A DNA stretch of 64,000 bases from a virus (taxonomy: Duplodnaviria > Heunggongvirae > Uroviricota > Caudoviricetes), in the IMG/VR virus record IMGVR_UViG_2565956726_000008; one strand, written 5' to 3'. Positions within the stretch are counted from its first letter, which is position 1. Every line of letters begins with the position of its first letter. Positions 10,019-19,138 of the stretch are shown here, piece after piece. The notes beneath the pieces were generated by a model, which saw only the letters and a program-made list of their open reading frames with translations, had not been told where the DNA came from and ran no database searches. Both the position numbers and the translations under genes were made by a program.

Positions 10019-10025
10019 ACTAAAT

Positions 10026-10050
10026 CCCGGTGCAATGCCGGGGTTATTTT
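10026..10050 (+). terminator. rho-independent terminator after tape measure gene
   Basis: Hairpin cccgg-tgcaatg-ccggg plus T-run; near-copy of the 3479 hairpin. Confidence 0.5.
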
Positions 10051-10104
10051 TCGTATTTATAAACGACCATTCCGCGCGATATATCCCCTTTCGAATATCT
10101 CGAC

Positions 10105-10359
10105 TCACTTATGAGTGCCTTTCACGCCACATAACTTGTTATAGGCATGGTGCTCAACAATTAACCAAACCTTCAAATCTTCGCTAAACAGCCTCCAATC
10201 AAGATTGATATCCATTTTGTATCCGTAACCGTCGCGTAACTTTTTGGGGTAAACTTCTTTTCTCAGAAAGGCTTTAAGTAATTCCTTACCTTTCTTGATG
10301 ATCCGGTCCTGTGCGTTTTTCTGTGCTTTCAGATTTCTGTCAATCGCTACCAGTTTCAT
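10105..10359 (-). CDS. RelE/ParE-fold toxin-like protein (candidate)
   Basis: 84 aa, basic; C-terminal pattern DWRLF...VWLIVEHHAY resembles RelE/ParE family; second gene of two-gene operon. Confidence 0.4.
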   Translation of the reverse strand: MKLVAIDRNLKAQKNAQDRIIKKGKELLKAFLRKEVYPKKLRDGYGYKMDINLDWRLFSEDLKVWLIVEHHAYNKLCGVKGTHK

Positions 10360-10376
10360 AACTCACCCCATCATCC

Positions 10377-10532
10377 TTAGTTAAGTGCCTTCAGGAAGAA
10401 GTCCCGGTATTCATCTTCTTTCGCATTCATCATGAATTGACCGTATTTGAATGCGTCGTCGAAACCCTTAACGATTGCTATTTCCACTTGTTCGAATGCG
10501 TTATTTAGCATTACTACTACATAGCGTTTCAT
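10377..10532 (-). CDS. small acidic partner protein (candidate antitoxin)
   Basis: 51-aa ORF below the ORF-track size cut-off; AGGAGG RBS; stop 18 nt before the toxin-like start. Confidence 0.35.
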   Translation of the reverse strand: MKRYVVVMLNNAFEQVEIAIVKGFDDAFKYGQFMMNAKEDEYRDFFLKALN

Positions 10533-10623
10533 TTTGGGCCTCCTTCGTTGGTACTACTTTCTTCTTGCTTTCTATATACATCTTGTTGCGTGCTATGTGA
10601 AGCCATTTTGTAAACTAGCTATA

Positions 10624-10640
10624 ATCATTGTGACAATGAT
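10624..10640. promoter_or_regulatory. 17-bp perfect palindrome ATCATTGTGACAATGAT upstream of the TA-like operon (candidate operator)
   Basis: Read directly from sequence; about 90 bp upstream of the operon start. Confidence 0.4.
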
Positions 10641-10699
10641 CTTATTTTTCGCGTAGAAGCGCGTAAAGATATATACAAAATGTAACTTGTGGGGGTTTT

Positions 10700-11053
10700 A
10701 TGCCGGAAGTGTTCAGATGGACGCCGCAAAGAAGCTACAGCGTGACCAGGAAGCCAGACGTATCTGTTGTTAAGCTGGGCGATGGTTATGAGCAAAGACA
10801 GGTAAAAGGTATCAATCCATTGCTTGATAGCTACACCCTGGTGTTTAAAGGCAGTAGCGCCGGATGTGGTGATGGTGGAAACGTAGCAATCCAGGCGGAA
10901 GCATTCTTGAGGGCGCGCGGCGCGGTCGAGGCTTTTTACTGGTCGCCGTCAATGGATAACGTGCAAAGGCTTTTTGTCTGTCGGCAATGGAGCATGACTA
11001 AAGACGGGCCTTTGTACACGCTAAACGCAACGTTTGAGCAAGTTGTTGGCTAA
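10700..11053 (+). CDS. minor tail protein M (lambda gpM-like)
   Basis: 117 aa; GDGYEQR and C-terminal FEQVV motifs shared with lambda M. Confidence 0.8.
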   Translation: MPEVFRWTPQRSYSVTRKPDVSVVKLGDGYEQRQVKGINPLLDSYTLVFKGSSAGCGDGGNVAIQAEAFLRARGAVEAFYWSPSMDNVQRLFVCRQWSMTKDGPLYTLNATFEQVVG

Positions 11054-11250
11054 TGGGGGTTGTTATGTACGGGACTTGTGTAGTTGACAAAACTTACGCT
11101 TTTACATTGTTTGACGACTATGAGATCAACGACCTTACTGTAAAAGCTGACAACGGCGATATATGGTATCTTCACGACGTTGGTGATGGGTACGTTGGGT
11201 GTAGATCCCGGGAAGGGAAGGAGGTTTTATTTTTGGTTGATGGCGTATAA
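11053..11250 (+). CDS. small hypothetical protein inserted after M
   Basis: 65-aa ORF whose ATG overlaps the M stop. Confidence 0.3.
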   Translation: MGVVMYGTCVVDKTYAFTLFDDYEINDLTVKADNGDIWYLHDVGDGYVGCRSREGKEVLFLVDGV

Positions 11251-11256
11251 ACACGA

Positions 11257-11284
11257 CCCCGCGCGAAGCGGGGTTATTTTTATT
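11257..11284. terminator. intrinsic terminator between convergent genes
   Basis: Hairpin ccccgc-gcgaa-gcgggg followed by TTATTTTTATT. Confidence 0.5.
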
Positions 11285-11406
11285 CTATTTCCATTAATGC
11301 TATATTTTCTGCTATCGTTTTCCAGTCCAGATCTACAGCATGAACGCCAAATACTATCAACCCCATTATTATTAGCGCCAAAACTTCTATTTTTATAATC
11401 AGTCAC

Positions 11407-11655
11407 CTATAAGTTATCACGCAGATAATTAACGCCCTTATCAGTGACGAATGAATGGTTAACCTGGTTTTCATCCGTCATGATGATGAATAACTTTTCA
11501 TGTAGGTATTTCGCTTTCGGGTACAGCGTTAAACAGACCTGGTACAGTATCCCGCGCTCAATCAGCAAATCAATAAATTCGTGTTCATGATAACCGATGA
11601 GGCGGGCGGCCTGTTTCAACGTGTACACATAATCACCGTGATTGCGCCGCCCCAT
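11407..11655 (-). CDS. small HTH protein, gene 3 of M|L cassette
   Basis: 82 aa; helix-turn-helix-like stretch YTLKQAARLIGYHEHEFIDLLIERGIL. Confidence 0.45.
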   Translation of the reverse strand: MGRRNHGDYVYTLKQAARLIGYHEHEFIDLLIERGILYQVCLTLYPKAKYLHEKLFIIMTDENQVNHSFVTDKGVNYLRDNL

Positions 11656-11664
11656 GTTGCCGCC

Positions 11665-12012
11665 TTATTTATCGAATGCTGAAAGGTTATCGATACAGAA
11701 ATCTTTCGCCGCTTTTTCGTATTCGCGTTTTGCTTCTGGATCGTCAGCCGGGAAACCTTTTGCGTGTATTTCACCAGGGCAAGACTGGTCCATAGAATCT
11801 GCATAATAAGCAGTGAAGCTACCATTAATATCTTTCGGGTTCATATCTTCCACCTCATCAACTATCTGTACCGGATTAGCAGCATATTTCACTGGATGGC
11901 CTAAACTACATTCAAGAATCCTGCCTTCTTCCAGGGCTACTTCTTCGCTATCAAATAATCCGAAACACTCCTTGCTACCACTTAACCACACATCAAGACT
12001 GTATTTTTTCAT
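11665..12012 (-). CDS. hypothetical acidic protein, gene 2 of M|L cassette
   Basis: 115 aa from internal ATG with GAGG RBS (track ORF runs to 12114). Confidence 0.45.
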   Translation of the reverse strand: MKKYSLDVWLSGSKECFGLFDSEEVALEEGRILECSLGHPVKYAANPVQIVDEVEDMNPKDINGSFTAYYADSMDQSCPGEIHAKGFPADDPEAKREYEKAAKDFCIDNLSAFDK

Positions 12013-12181
12013 TTTTGTTAGCCTCATATTTGACAGGTTCGATCTGGTATCCCAAAAGGCGGTCATCCTCAGCAAGTAAAAGCGCGTCAACCAATGCTTC
12101 ACCCTCGTCGTCATACAGGGCGATAACCTTTTCCCTACCGTCTGTCATGAATACCGTCAACTTCCATAGCTTTTCAGTCAT
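11993..12181 (-). CDS. hypothetical small protein, gene 1 of M|L cassette
   Basis: 62 aa from ATG MTEKLWK (track ORF runs to 12301 from a TTG). Confidence 0.4.
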   Translation of the reverse strand: MTEKLWKLTVFMTDGREKVIALYDDEGEALVDALLLAEDDRLLGYQIEPVKYEANKNEKIQS

Positions 12182-12310
12182 AACGCACCTCCGCGCCATT
12201 TTGTTAACTATGCTTCCGTTTGAGTAAAATATACATATTGTAAAAACCGCGATCAATCCATTTTGGTATGATTTAGCGTGACGCAGATCACAGAATGACA
12301 AGGTGAGAAA

Positions 12311-13015
12311 ATGCGCAATATTCCGAGAGAAATGATTATTGATTCCGTCGATGCCGGAGTCGGCGCGGTAATTGACTTGTTTGAATTAGACCTCACGCCC
12401 CTGGGTGGCGAGGTTATCCGCTTCCATTCCGGCGTGAATGGCTATTACGGCCCGGTTATCTGGAAGGGGGTGGCTTACAACAGCTACCCTATCGAGGCCA
12501 CTGGCTTCGAAATGAAAAACGAGGGTGTCTATTCACGCCCGCAAATGGTTGTAGCCAACATTGGCGGCCTAATCACCGGGATGAATAACGATTTCAACGA
12601 CCTGCGAGGAATGAAAGTTACACGCCGCCAGGTGGAAGTAAAATACCTGGACGCCATCAACTTCCCCAACGGCAACCCGGATGCAGATCCGTCTATCGAG
12701 GCGGTGTCTTTTTACGTCGTTGAGGCGATGAGCGAAGAAACAGCCGACCAGGTGCAATATGAGCTGTCAACGCCAATTGATGCTGACAAGGCGGTTATCC
12801 CAGGGCGCACAATCCTTGCTGACGTTTGCCAATGGCAATATCGCGGCGACGGTTGCGGATACAGTGGCGGCCCTGTAGCTACTGATAAAGACGAATCGAC
12901 CAGCGATCCAAAGCTGGATAAATGCAGCCACCGCCTGAGCGGTTGCCGTTTACGTTTCCCGCGCCCGAATCCGTTACCAATTTCATGTTTCCCAGGATCG
13001 AGCAAGGTGGGTTGA
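12311..13015 (+). CDS. minor tail protein L (lambda gpL-like)
   Basis: 234 aa; Cys-rich C-terminus as in lambda L. Confidence 0.85.
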   Translation: MRNIPREMIIDSVDAGVGAVIDLFELDLTPLGGEVIRFHSGVNGYYGPVIWKGVAYNSYPIEATGFEMKNEGVYSRPQMVVANIGGLITGMNNDFNDLRGMKVTRRQVEVKYLDAINFPNGNPDADPSIEAVSFYVVEAMSEETADQVQYELSTPIDADKAVIPGRTILADVCQWQYRGDGCGYSGGPVATDKDESTSDPKLDKCSHRLSGCRLRFPRPNPLPISCFPGSSKVG

Positions 13016-13017
13016 TT

Positions 13018-13749
13018 ATGGCACTTGAAGATAAAATGATTCGCTATGCAGCAGCCCACCCGCGCGAGGAAGTGTGCGGGCTGGTGATAGATAACGATTA
13101 TTTTTACCCGTGCGCTAACGTGTCTGAAACGCCGCACAACAGCTTTAAAATCTCGCCTGACGATTATATCAAAGCTGACGAATTGGGCGTTATAACAGCC
13201 GTTTTCCACTCTCACGTTGAAGATATTCCGGTATTGTCGGCACGGGATCGACAACAGCAGGTTATTTCCGGCCTGCCGTGGTTTTTATGTTCCGGTGGCA
13301 GGGTTAGAAAATTCCGCCCGGTAGCGCACCTGTTAGGCCGAAAATTTGAGCACGGGAAAACAGACTGCTACGCGCTTTTCCGCGACGCATATCACCTTTG
13401 TGGCGTGGATCTACCGGACTTCGAGCGCCTTGATGGCTGGTGGCTGCGTGGGGAAAACCTGTACATAAAAAACCTGCCATTGAACGGGTTTTTCATGGTT
13501 GATGCGCAAAGCATTCAGCCTGGTGACGTGATTATTCGCCAGCCGTTCAAGGGTGCTGACCCATGTCACGCGATGATTTACCTGGGCGATAACACTGTTT
13601 TGCATCATGACAATGCCGGACTGCTAAGCCGCCGCGAGCAAATGCGGCCCGCGTATGTTCGACAAACGCATTCAATATGGAGATCTGACAAATGCTCAAA
13701 TTTAGATTTACGGGCAATCTTCGAAGATATTACGGCAAAGTGTGTTTAA
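13018..13749 (+). CDS. tail assembly protein K (JAB/MPN + NlpC/P60-like)
   Basis: Starts MALEDKMIRYAAAHPREEVCG as in lambda K; ATG 2 nt after the L stop. Confidence 0.8.
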   Translation: MALEDKMIRYAAAHPREEVCGLVIDNDYFYPCANVSETPHNSFKISPDDYIKADELGVITAVFHSHVEDIPVLSARDRQQQVISGLPWFLCSGGRVRKFRPVAHLLGRKFEHGKTDCYALFRDAYHLCGVDLPDFERLDGWWLRGENLYIKNLPLNGFFMVDAQSIQPGDVIIRQPFKGADPCHAMIYLGDNTVLHHDNAGLLSRREQMRPAYVRQTHSIWRSDKCSNLDLRAIFEDITAKCV

Positions 13750-14222
13750 ACGTTGATACGCCAGCACAAGGACTTAGCCTATTGACCGCGCAGAATCAGG
13801 AGTTCAAGAAGGCTTTTTTAAATACACCTTTGCGGTTACGGATTGCCGGGAAAGATTATAACGAAAAGACGGCCCCGGCAGCGGTTAATAGTAAATACCC
13901 TGACGGAACTACCGTCATTATTGCGCCAGTAGTTGAAGGCGGTATTGCTGGGATTGGTGTTGTAGGCTGGATCCTGATTGGTGTTTCGGTGGTTAGCGTT
14001 GCGTTCTCAATCTTTATGTCCCGCAACATGAAGATAAAAACATCGGCAGAAAGCGCACAAGATAACACCATAACGAACAACACCTACACCAGCATTGAAA
14101 ACAAGGTGGGCCAGGGTAGACCAGTGCCAATACTATTAGGTGAAATGAAAATAGGTTCAAACGTCGGATCGTTAGGCATAGACACAAGCAACAATAGAGA
14201 CGCCTTAGACGTTGTAAGTTAA
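13692..14222 (+). CDS. tail assembly protein I (lambda gpI-like)
   Basis: 176 aa; Gly-rich hydrophobic middle segment; position between K and J. Confidence 0.75.
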   Translation: MLKFRFTGNLRRYYGKVCLNVDTPAQGLSLLTAQNQEFKKAFLNTPLRLRIAGKDYNEKTAPAAVNSKYPDGTTVIIAPVVEGGIAGIGVVGWILIGVSVVSVAFSIFMSRNMKIKTSAESAQDNTITNNTYTSIENKVGQGRPVPILLGEMKIGSNVGSLGIDTSNNRDALDVVS

Positions 14223-14235
14223 CAGGAGAAAAACC

Positions 14236-17200
14236 ATGAGTAGCGGCGGCGGCAAAGCCAAAACACCAACATTATTGAACGATAACCTGTATCACAAACA
14301 GTTTTATCGTGTTTTAGATATTCTCAGCGAAGGGCCGATATACGGTCCGGTAAACCAGAAAGCGCCATTGAATGACGTGATGCTTAATGACACTCCTGTT
14401 ACTGACGCAAACGGGAATACATCAATTCCGGGGATTAGTATAGCCTGGCGCAACGGCACGGCTGACCAATCGCCGATTAATGGTTTTAACGCCATTGAGT
14501 CAACCGTTATTGTCAACGCAAAGGTAACTCACGACACACCAATAATCAGGACTGTTTCAGATCCAAACGTTACCCGCGTCAGGTTGAATCTTGGTGTTGA
14601 TGCTCTCGTTCAGTCAGATGAAAAGGGCAATCAATATAATACATCCGTCATGTTGATGGTTGATGTTAAACCGTCATCATCTTCTACGTGGTCGCTGATT
14701 AAAGACATACACATTGGCCCTGGTAAACAAAGCGGTGAATACCTGGAAGCTCACATCATTAAAGCGCCGGATGAAAAACCGTTTGATATTCGCGTTCGTC
14801 GCATAACACCAGACAGCAACGGCGATCTATTGCGGAATGATACGCGGTGGAGTAGTTACAGCGAAATAATAGATGATAATCTGTCTTATCCTCATACCGC
14901 TGTAGCTGGCGCCGTAATTGACCATGATCAGTATACTGATACGCCTACCCGCACCTATCACCTTCGCGGCCTGATTGTTGATGTGCCTGACAACTACAAC
15001 CCTGAAACGCGCACATATTCAGGTTTATGGCTTGGTGGATTTAAAAAGGCGTATACCAATAACCCTGCATGGCTTTTCCGGTATCTGGTTAAAAACGAGC
15101 GCTTTGGACTTGCTCGACATGCTGGTTACATTGATGTTGATGATGGCGCTTTGTACGTGCTTTCTCAATACTGCGATCAGTTGGTTGATGATGGCTATGG
15201 TGGCCTTGAACCTCGCATGACGCTTAACGCTTACATTACGGAGCAAATGAGCGCCCGCGACCTACTGGATAACATCGCAGGTATGTTCCGTGGTATCGCG
15301 TTATGGGACGGACAACGTCTTACCGTGATGATTGATGCGCCACAAGATCCAATCGCCACCATCACAAATGCAAACGTCGTTGATGGCGCGTTTACTCGTT
15401 CAAGTATCGCACGCGCAGAATGCTACAACGCCGTGATCGTATCCTGGACTGACCCTGAAAACGGCTGGGAGCAATCAAAAGAATATGTCGCAGATGATAA
15501 ACTAATCGCCCGTGATGGTTATAACGAAACCACGTTGGAGGCGTTCGGTTGCACTTCACGCGGGCAAGCGCACCGCGCTGGTAAATGGCTGATCGAAACA
15601 GCGAAACGCGAGCCGTCAAAATTCACATTTAAAATGGCCCGTGACGCCATTCACTTTACGCCGGGGGATATAATCGAGATCCTCGATAATAATCGCGCAG
15701 GCGCTCGTTTAGGCGGTCGCATCGTGGCGAACAATGGCAGAGCGATCACGGTCGACAAGGTTGATTCTGAATATATCGCGGCTGGCGACACCATCAGCTT
15801 ACTTGATAGCGATGGTAAATTTAAAAAACACCAGATCATCGGAGTTAACGGGAACATTATCACCCTTGCAGCCGCCCCGGCGTGGATTCGTAACGGCACT
15901 GTTTTTGCTGTATCAACCAACGCAGCAAAACCCGTTTTATGTCGAATCACCAGTGTAGCAGAAACAGAAAATAACAGCGTATACACCATCGAGGCCGCAC
16001 AGCATGATCCACATAAGCAGGCCGTAGTCGATAATGGCGCAATCTTCGAGATCAATAACGACACGCTTAATCACTTCCGCGTGCCGAACATTGAAAATCT
16101 GAAGGTGTTAAACGTTGGATCTGAAACGGTTCAATGTCGCGCAACATGGGAAACACAGACGACAACGCGTCGCCTGACCTTTGAGATTCGCGTGTATAAC
16201 GCCGAAGGCGCTGTAGTTAAAAGCTACGAAACCACGAATTACAGTTATGATTTTTATGGCATTGATGCTGGCAACTACTCATTAGGCATTCGTGGCAGAA
16301 ATGACACGGGCATGAAGGGTGCGGAAAGCATTGTCGATCTGGTTATTGGCGCACCAGCGGCCCCAGTTGGCGTTAATTGGGTTCCCGGTGTATTCCAGGC
16401 TACAGTTTACCCGATCAGCAGAACAACGCTCACCACTGATACCAGTTACGAGTTTTATTACTCAGGTGAAACGCAGATCACTGATCCGGCATCAATAACC
16501 ACTAAAGCACAATATACCGGGCGTGGTCATCAGTGGACGTTTGGCGGCATGAATACAGGTCACACATATTACGTTTATGTGCGCGCGCGTAACGCTTTTG
16601 GTGTGTCTGACTTTGTGGAAGCGTCAGGTAAGCCAACAGAAAACTTTGATGAAATTACCGATTACGTCACCAAAGACGTAATGAATTCCAAACAATTTAA
16701 AGAAATGGTTGGTGACATTAAAGATCTAGGCGACCGCACTGATCTTATCGAAAGCGCTACGAATGACCTTAAAACTGCTACTGACAACCTCAAAACTGCA
16801 ACTGATAATCTGACCAACATAACTGACGATTTAAGGACTGAAACTGACAACCTAACCATAGAAACAGGATCAATAAAAGCTGATACTGATACGCTCAAAA
16901 AAGAAACGGAAGATCTTTATAAAAAAGTTAAGGAAAACGCCGATGATATTGGACAGCATGAGTCGAGAATCGACTCGCTGGAGGTGTCTAGCGAAAAAGT
17001 TGGCAGCGAACTGGCGCAAGCAAAAGCAAGTCTGCAAAACGCCTCACTTGCTCTTATTAATAACTCGCTTGCACAGACTAACACTCGCGTAACTCTTACC
17101 GCTCAGTACAAGAAAGGCAGGACAGAGACGAAAGCGGAAATTGACCGCATTGACAACGTTATCGCTGAAGAGAAAAAAGCGACAGCGGAATCACTGGAAA

Positions 17201-19098
17201 CCATCACGGCAGAAATGAATGTGATGGACACAAACCTTAAAGGTCAGATCTCTAATGTGCAACGCGCAGTAGCTGACGAGGCCAGCGCCCGCGCTGAAGC
17301 TATTAACGGTGTAAATGCCTCAATAAGCAATCTTGACAAGAAAACTGACGCCAGCGTAAACCGTCTTGATCAGGCAATTGCAGACGAAACAAGTGCGCGT
17401 ACTCAGGCTATCAGCGACGTGAACGCAAGTATCTCAACACTTGACAAGAAAACTGACGCCAGCGTTAAGCGCCTCGATAATGCAATATCAGATGAAACGC
17501 AGGCAAGAAGCGACGCAATAACAGTGGTTAAAGCTGATTTAACAACGCTTGAAAATAACACAAATGCCAGTGTTAGCCGTCTTGATCAAGCTATCGCTGA
17601 TGAATCAAGCGCACGTGCTCAGGCGATATCAGGTATCAGCGCGACGCTTGGCGGCGTTAAAAGTGAGGTTGATAAAAACAGCGACGAGATAGATCAGGCG
17701 AAAGCAAGTCTGCAAAACGCATCTCTGGCGCTTATTAATAACTCAATGGCGCAAAGCAAGATGAGCACTGTTATTGAGGCGAAATACAGGAAAGGACAAA
17801 CAAAAACAAAAGCGGAAATAGCAAGGGTAGACACAGCAATCGCAGATGAGGCGAGCGCACGCGCAGAAGCTATTAGCGGGGTTAATGCGTCAATTTCCAC
17901 GCTCGATAGCAAGGTGACAAGCAACGTAACCAGGATGGATAAAGCGATCGCAGATGAGAAGAATGCACGCACTGACGCAATCAGCAGCCTTAACTCATCG
18001 CTTACCAGTACGATTAATTCGAAAGTATCCGAAGTGTCAACTGCACTTTCTACGCATGAAACATCAAGCGCGGAAAAATTTGGCCAGATCTCGGCATCTT
18101 TCGACGATGTAAACTCAAGCATCACGGAATGGTCACAGGCTATGGCAACGGCAGACGAGGCATTGTCAACCAGAATCGACCAGTTGAAAGTAACTATTAA
18201 CGGAAACACAACGGCGATAGAAACGACATCAAAAGCACTGACTGACTTCAAAGGTAACGTTGATGCGTCATATTCAATTAAGATTGCCACTGATAAAAAC
18301 GGTATGAAATACGCTACAGGAATGTCGCTCGGCCTTACTGGTAGCGGGACTAACGTTCAATCGCAGTGTATTTTCCTCGTTGACCGTTTCGTGCTTATGA
18401 CTGCGGCAGGTGGCTCCTATCAGACCCCGTTCTATGTTACTAACGGTGCTTGCTACATCCGTGATGCGTGGATCAGAGACGCATCAATCACTACCGCGAA
18501 GATTGCGCAGCAAATTCAGTCAACCAACTATAAAGCTGGTTCGGCTGGCTGGATGCTAAATAAAAACGGCAATGCGGAGTTCAACAACGTCACTGTACGC
18601 GGTACGGTGTACGCAACATCTGGTAAATTCACTGGTGAGATTCAGGCCACAAGCGGGAAGTTTAAAGGTACAGTAGAGGCAAAGTCATTTGTCGGTGACG
18701 TTGCTAACATGGGGGTTGGTCCAGATCGAGTGCTTGGGCATAACGGAAGTTATAGCGCAACCATCACATATAAAGACAGCACGGATAATGCATTGACGAA
18801 ATCAGTTATGCTTATGGCGACTATTTCATTAATGTCTGGTGAATATAGATCCACTTATAACGTAACGTTTAGTTGCGGAGATAAAAACAAAACAATTTCA
18901 TATTACGTGCCTTATGGTGGATGCACATTAACAGTGCAATGCGCTTTTTCTGGTTTAAAAGCATCAGATATTATCGGGAAAATATATTGTCCTCAAACAT
19001 CATCATCTGAAGGATACGCATATTGTACCGCGTTGTATTCTCCAACAATGATAGTAGCAAGAGGCACCGGATCATTTAGAACATCAACGACAGCATAA
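14236..19098 (+). CDS. host specificity / tail tip protein J with expanded repeat region
   Basis: 1620 aa; N-terminal ~990 aa collinear with lambda J (ISEGPIYGPV, FGCTSRGQAHRAGKWLIETA); central coiled-coil tandem repeats; distinct C-terminal domain. Confidence 0.85.
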   Translation: MSSGGGKAKTPTLLNDNLYHKQFYRVLDILSEGPIYGPVNQKAPLNDVMLNDTPVTDANGNTSIPGISIAWRNGTADQSPINGFNAIESTVIVNAKVTHDTPIIRTVSDPNVTRVRLNLGVDALVQSDEKGNQYNTSVMLMVDVKPSSSSTWSLIKDIHIGPGKQSGEYLEAHIIKAPDEKPFDIRVRRITPDSNGDLLRNDTRWSSYSEIIDDNLSYPHTAVAGAVIDHDQYTDTPTRTYHLRGLIVDVPDNYNPETRTYSGLWLGGFKKAYTNNPAWLFRYLVKNERFGLARHAGYIDVDDGALYVLSQYCDQLVDDGYGGLEPRMTLNAYITEQMSARDLLDNIAGMFRGIALWDGQRLTVMIDAPQDPIATITNANVVDGAFTRSSIARAECYNAVIVSWTDPENGWEQSKEYVADDKLIARDGYNETTLEAFGCTSRGQAHRAGKWLIETAKREPSKFTFKMARDAIHFTPGDIIEILDNNRAGARLGGRIVANNGRAITVDKVDSEYIAAGDTISLLDSDGKFKKHQIIGVNGNIITLAAAPAWIRNGTVFAVSTNAAKPVLCRITSVAETENNSVYTIEAAQHDPHKQAVVDNGAIFEINNDTLNHFRVPNIENLKVLNVGSETVQCRATWETQTTTRRLTFEIRVYNAEGAVVKSYETTNYSYDFYGIDAGNYSLGIRGRNDTGMKGAESIVDLVIGAPAAPVGVNWVPGVFQATVYPISRTTLTTDTSYEFYYSGETQITDPASITTKAQYTGRGHQWTFGGMNTGHTYYVYVRARNAFGVSDFVEASGKPTENFDEITDYVTKDVMNSKQFKEMVGDIKDLGDRTDLIESATNDLKTATDNLKTATDNLTNITDDLRTETDNLTIETGSIKADTDTLKKETEDLYKKVKENADDIGQHESRIDSLEVSSEKVGSELAQAKASLQNASLALINNSLAQTNTRVTLTAQYKKGRTETKAEIDRIDNVIAEEKKATAESLETITAEMNVMDTNLKGQISNVQRAVADEASARAEAINGVNASISNLDKKTDASVNRLDQAIADETSARTQAISDVNASISTLDKKTDASVKRLDNAISDETQARSDAITVVKADLTTLENNTNASVSRLDQAIADESSARAQAISGISATLGGVKSEVDKNSDEIDQAKASLQNASLALINNSMAQSKMSTVIEAKYRKGQTKTKAEIARVDTAIADEASARAEAISGVNASISTLDSKVTSNVTRMDKAIADEKNARTDAISSLNSSLTSTINSKVSEVSTALSTHETSSAEKFGQISASFDDVNSSITEWSQAMATADEALSTRIDQLKVTINGNTTAIETTSKALTDFKGNVDASYSIKIATDKNGMKYATGMSLGLTGSGTNVQSQCIFLVDRFVLMTAAGGSYQTPFYVTNGACYIRDAWIRDASITTAKIAQQIQSTNYKAGSAGWMLNKNGNAEFNNVTVRGTVYATSGKFTGEIQATSGKFKGTVEAKSFVGDVANMGVGPDRVLGHNGSYSATITYKDSTDNALTKSVMLMATISLMSGEYRSTYNVTFSCGDKNKTISYYVPYGGCTLTVQCAFSGLKASDIIGKIYCPQTSSSEGYAYCTALYSPTMIVARGTGSFRTSTTA

Positions 19099-19127
19099 AA
19101 AACGGGGCATAAGCCCCGTTTTTTTTT
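19097..19127. terminator. bidirectional intrinsic terminator
   Basis: AAAAA-cggggc-ataa-gccccg-TTTTTTTTT between convergent J and small secreted-protein gene. Confidence 0.55.
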
Positions 19128-19138
19128 ATGCATTGTTT

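Noticed and set aside
12922-13017. N-terminal 32-codon extension of tail assembly protein K
   Set aside because: Extension overlaps the 3' end of L; K-like sequence begins at ATG 13018, 2 nt after the L stop.
17694-18290. 198-aa minus-strand ORF
   Set aside because: Lies wholly antisense within J repeat region; composition reflects the complement of the repeats.
14236-19098. Possible CRISPR-like or intergenic repeat array suggested by repeated ~115-bp units around 17290..17960
   Set aside because: Repeats are in-frame protein-coding repeats inside the J gene with no unique spacers and no flanking cas genes.
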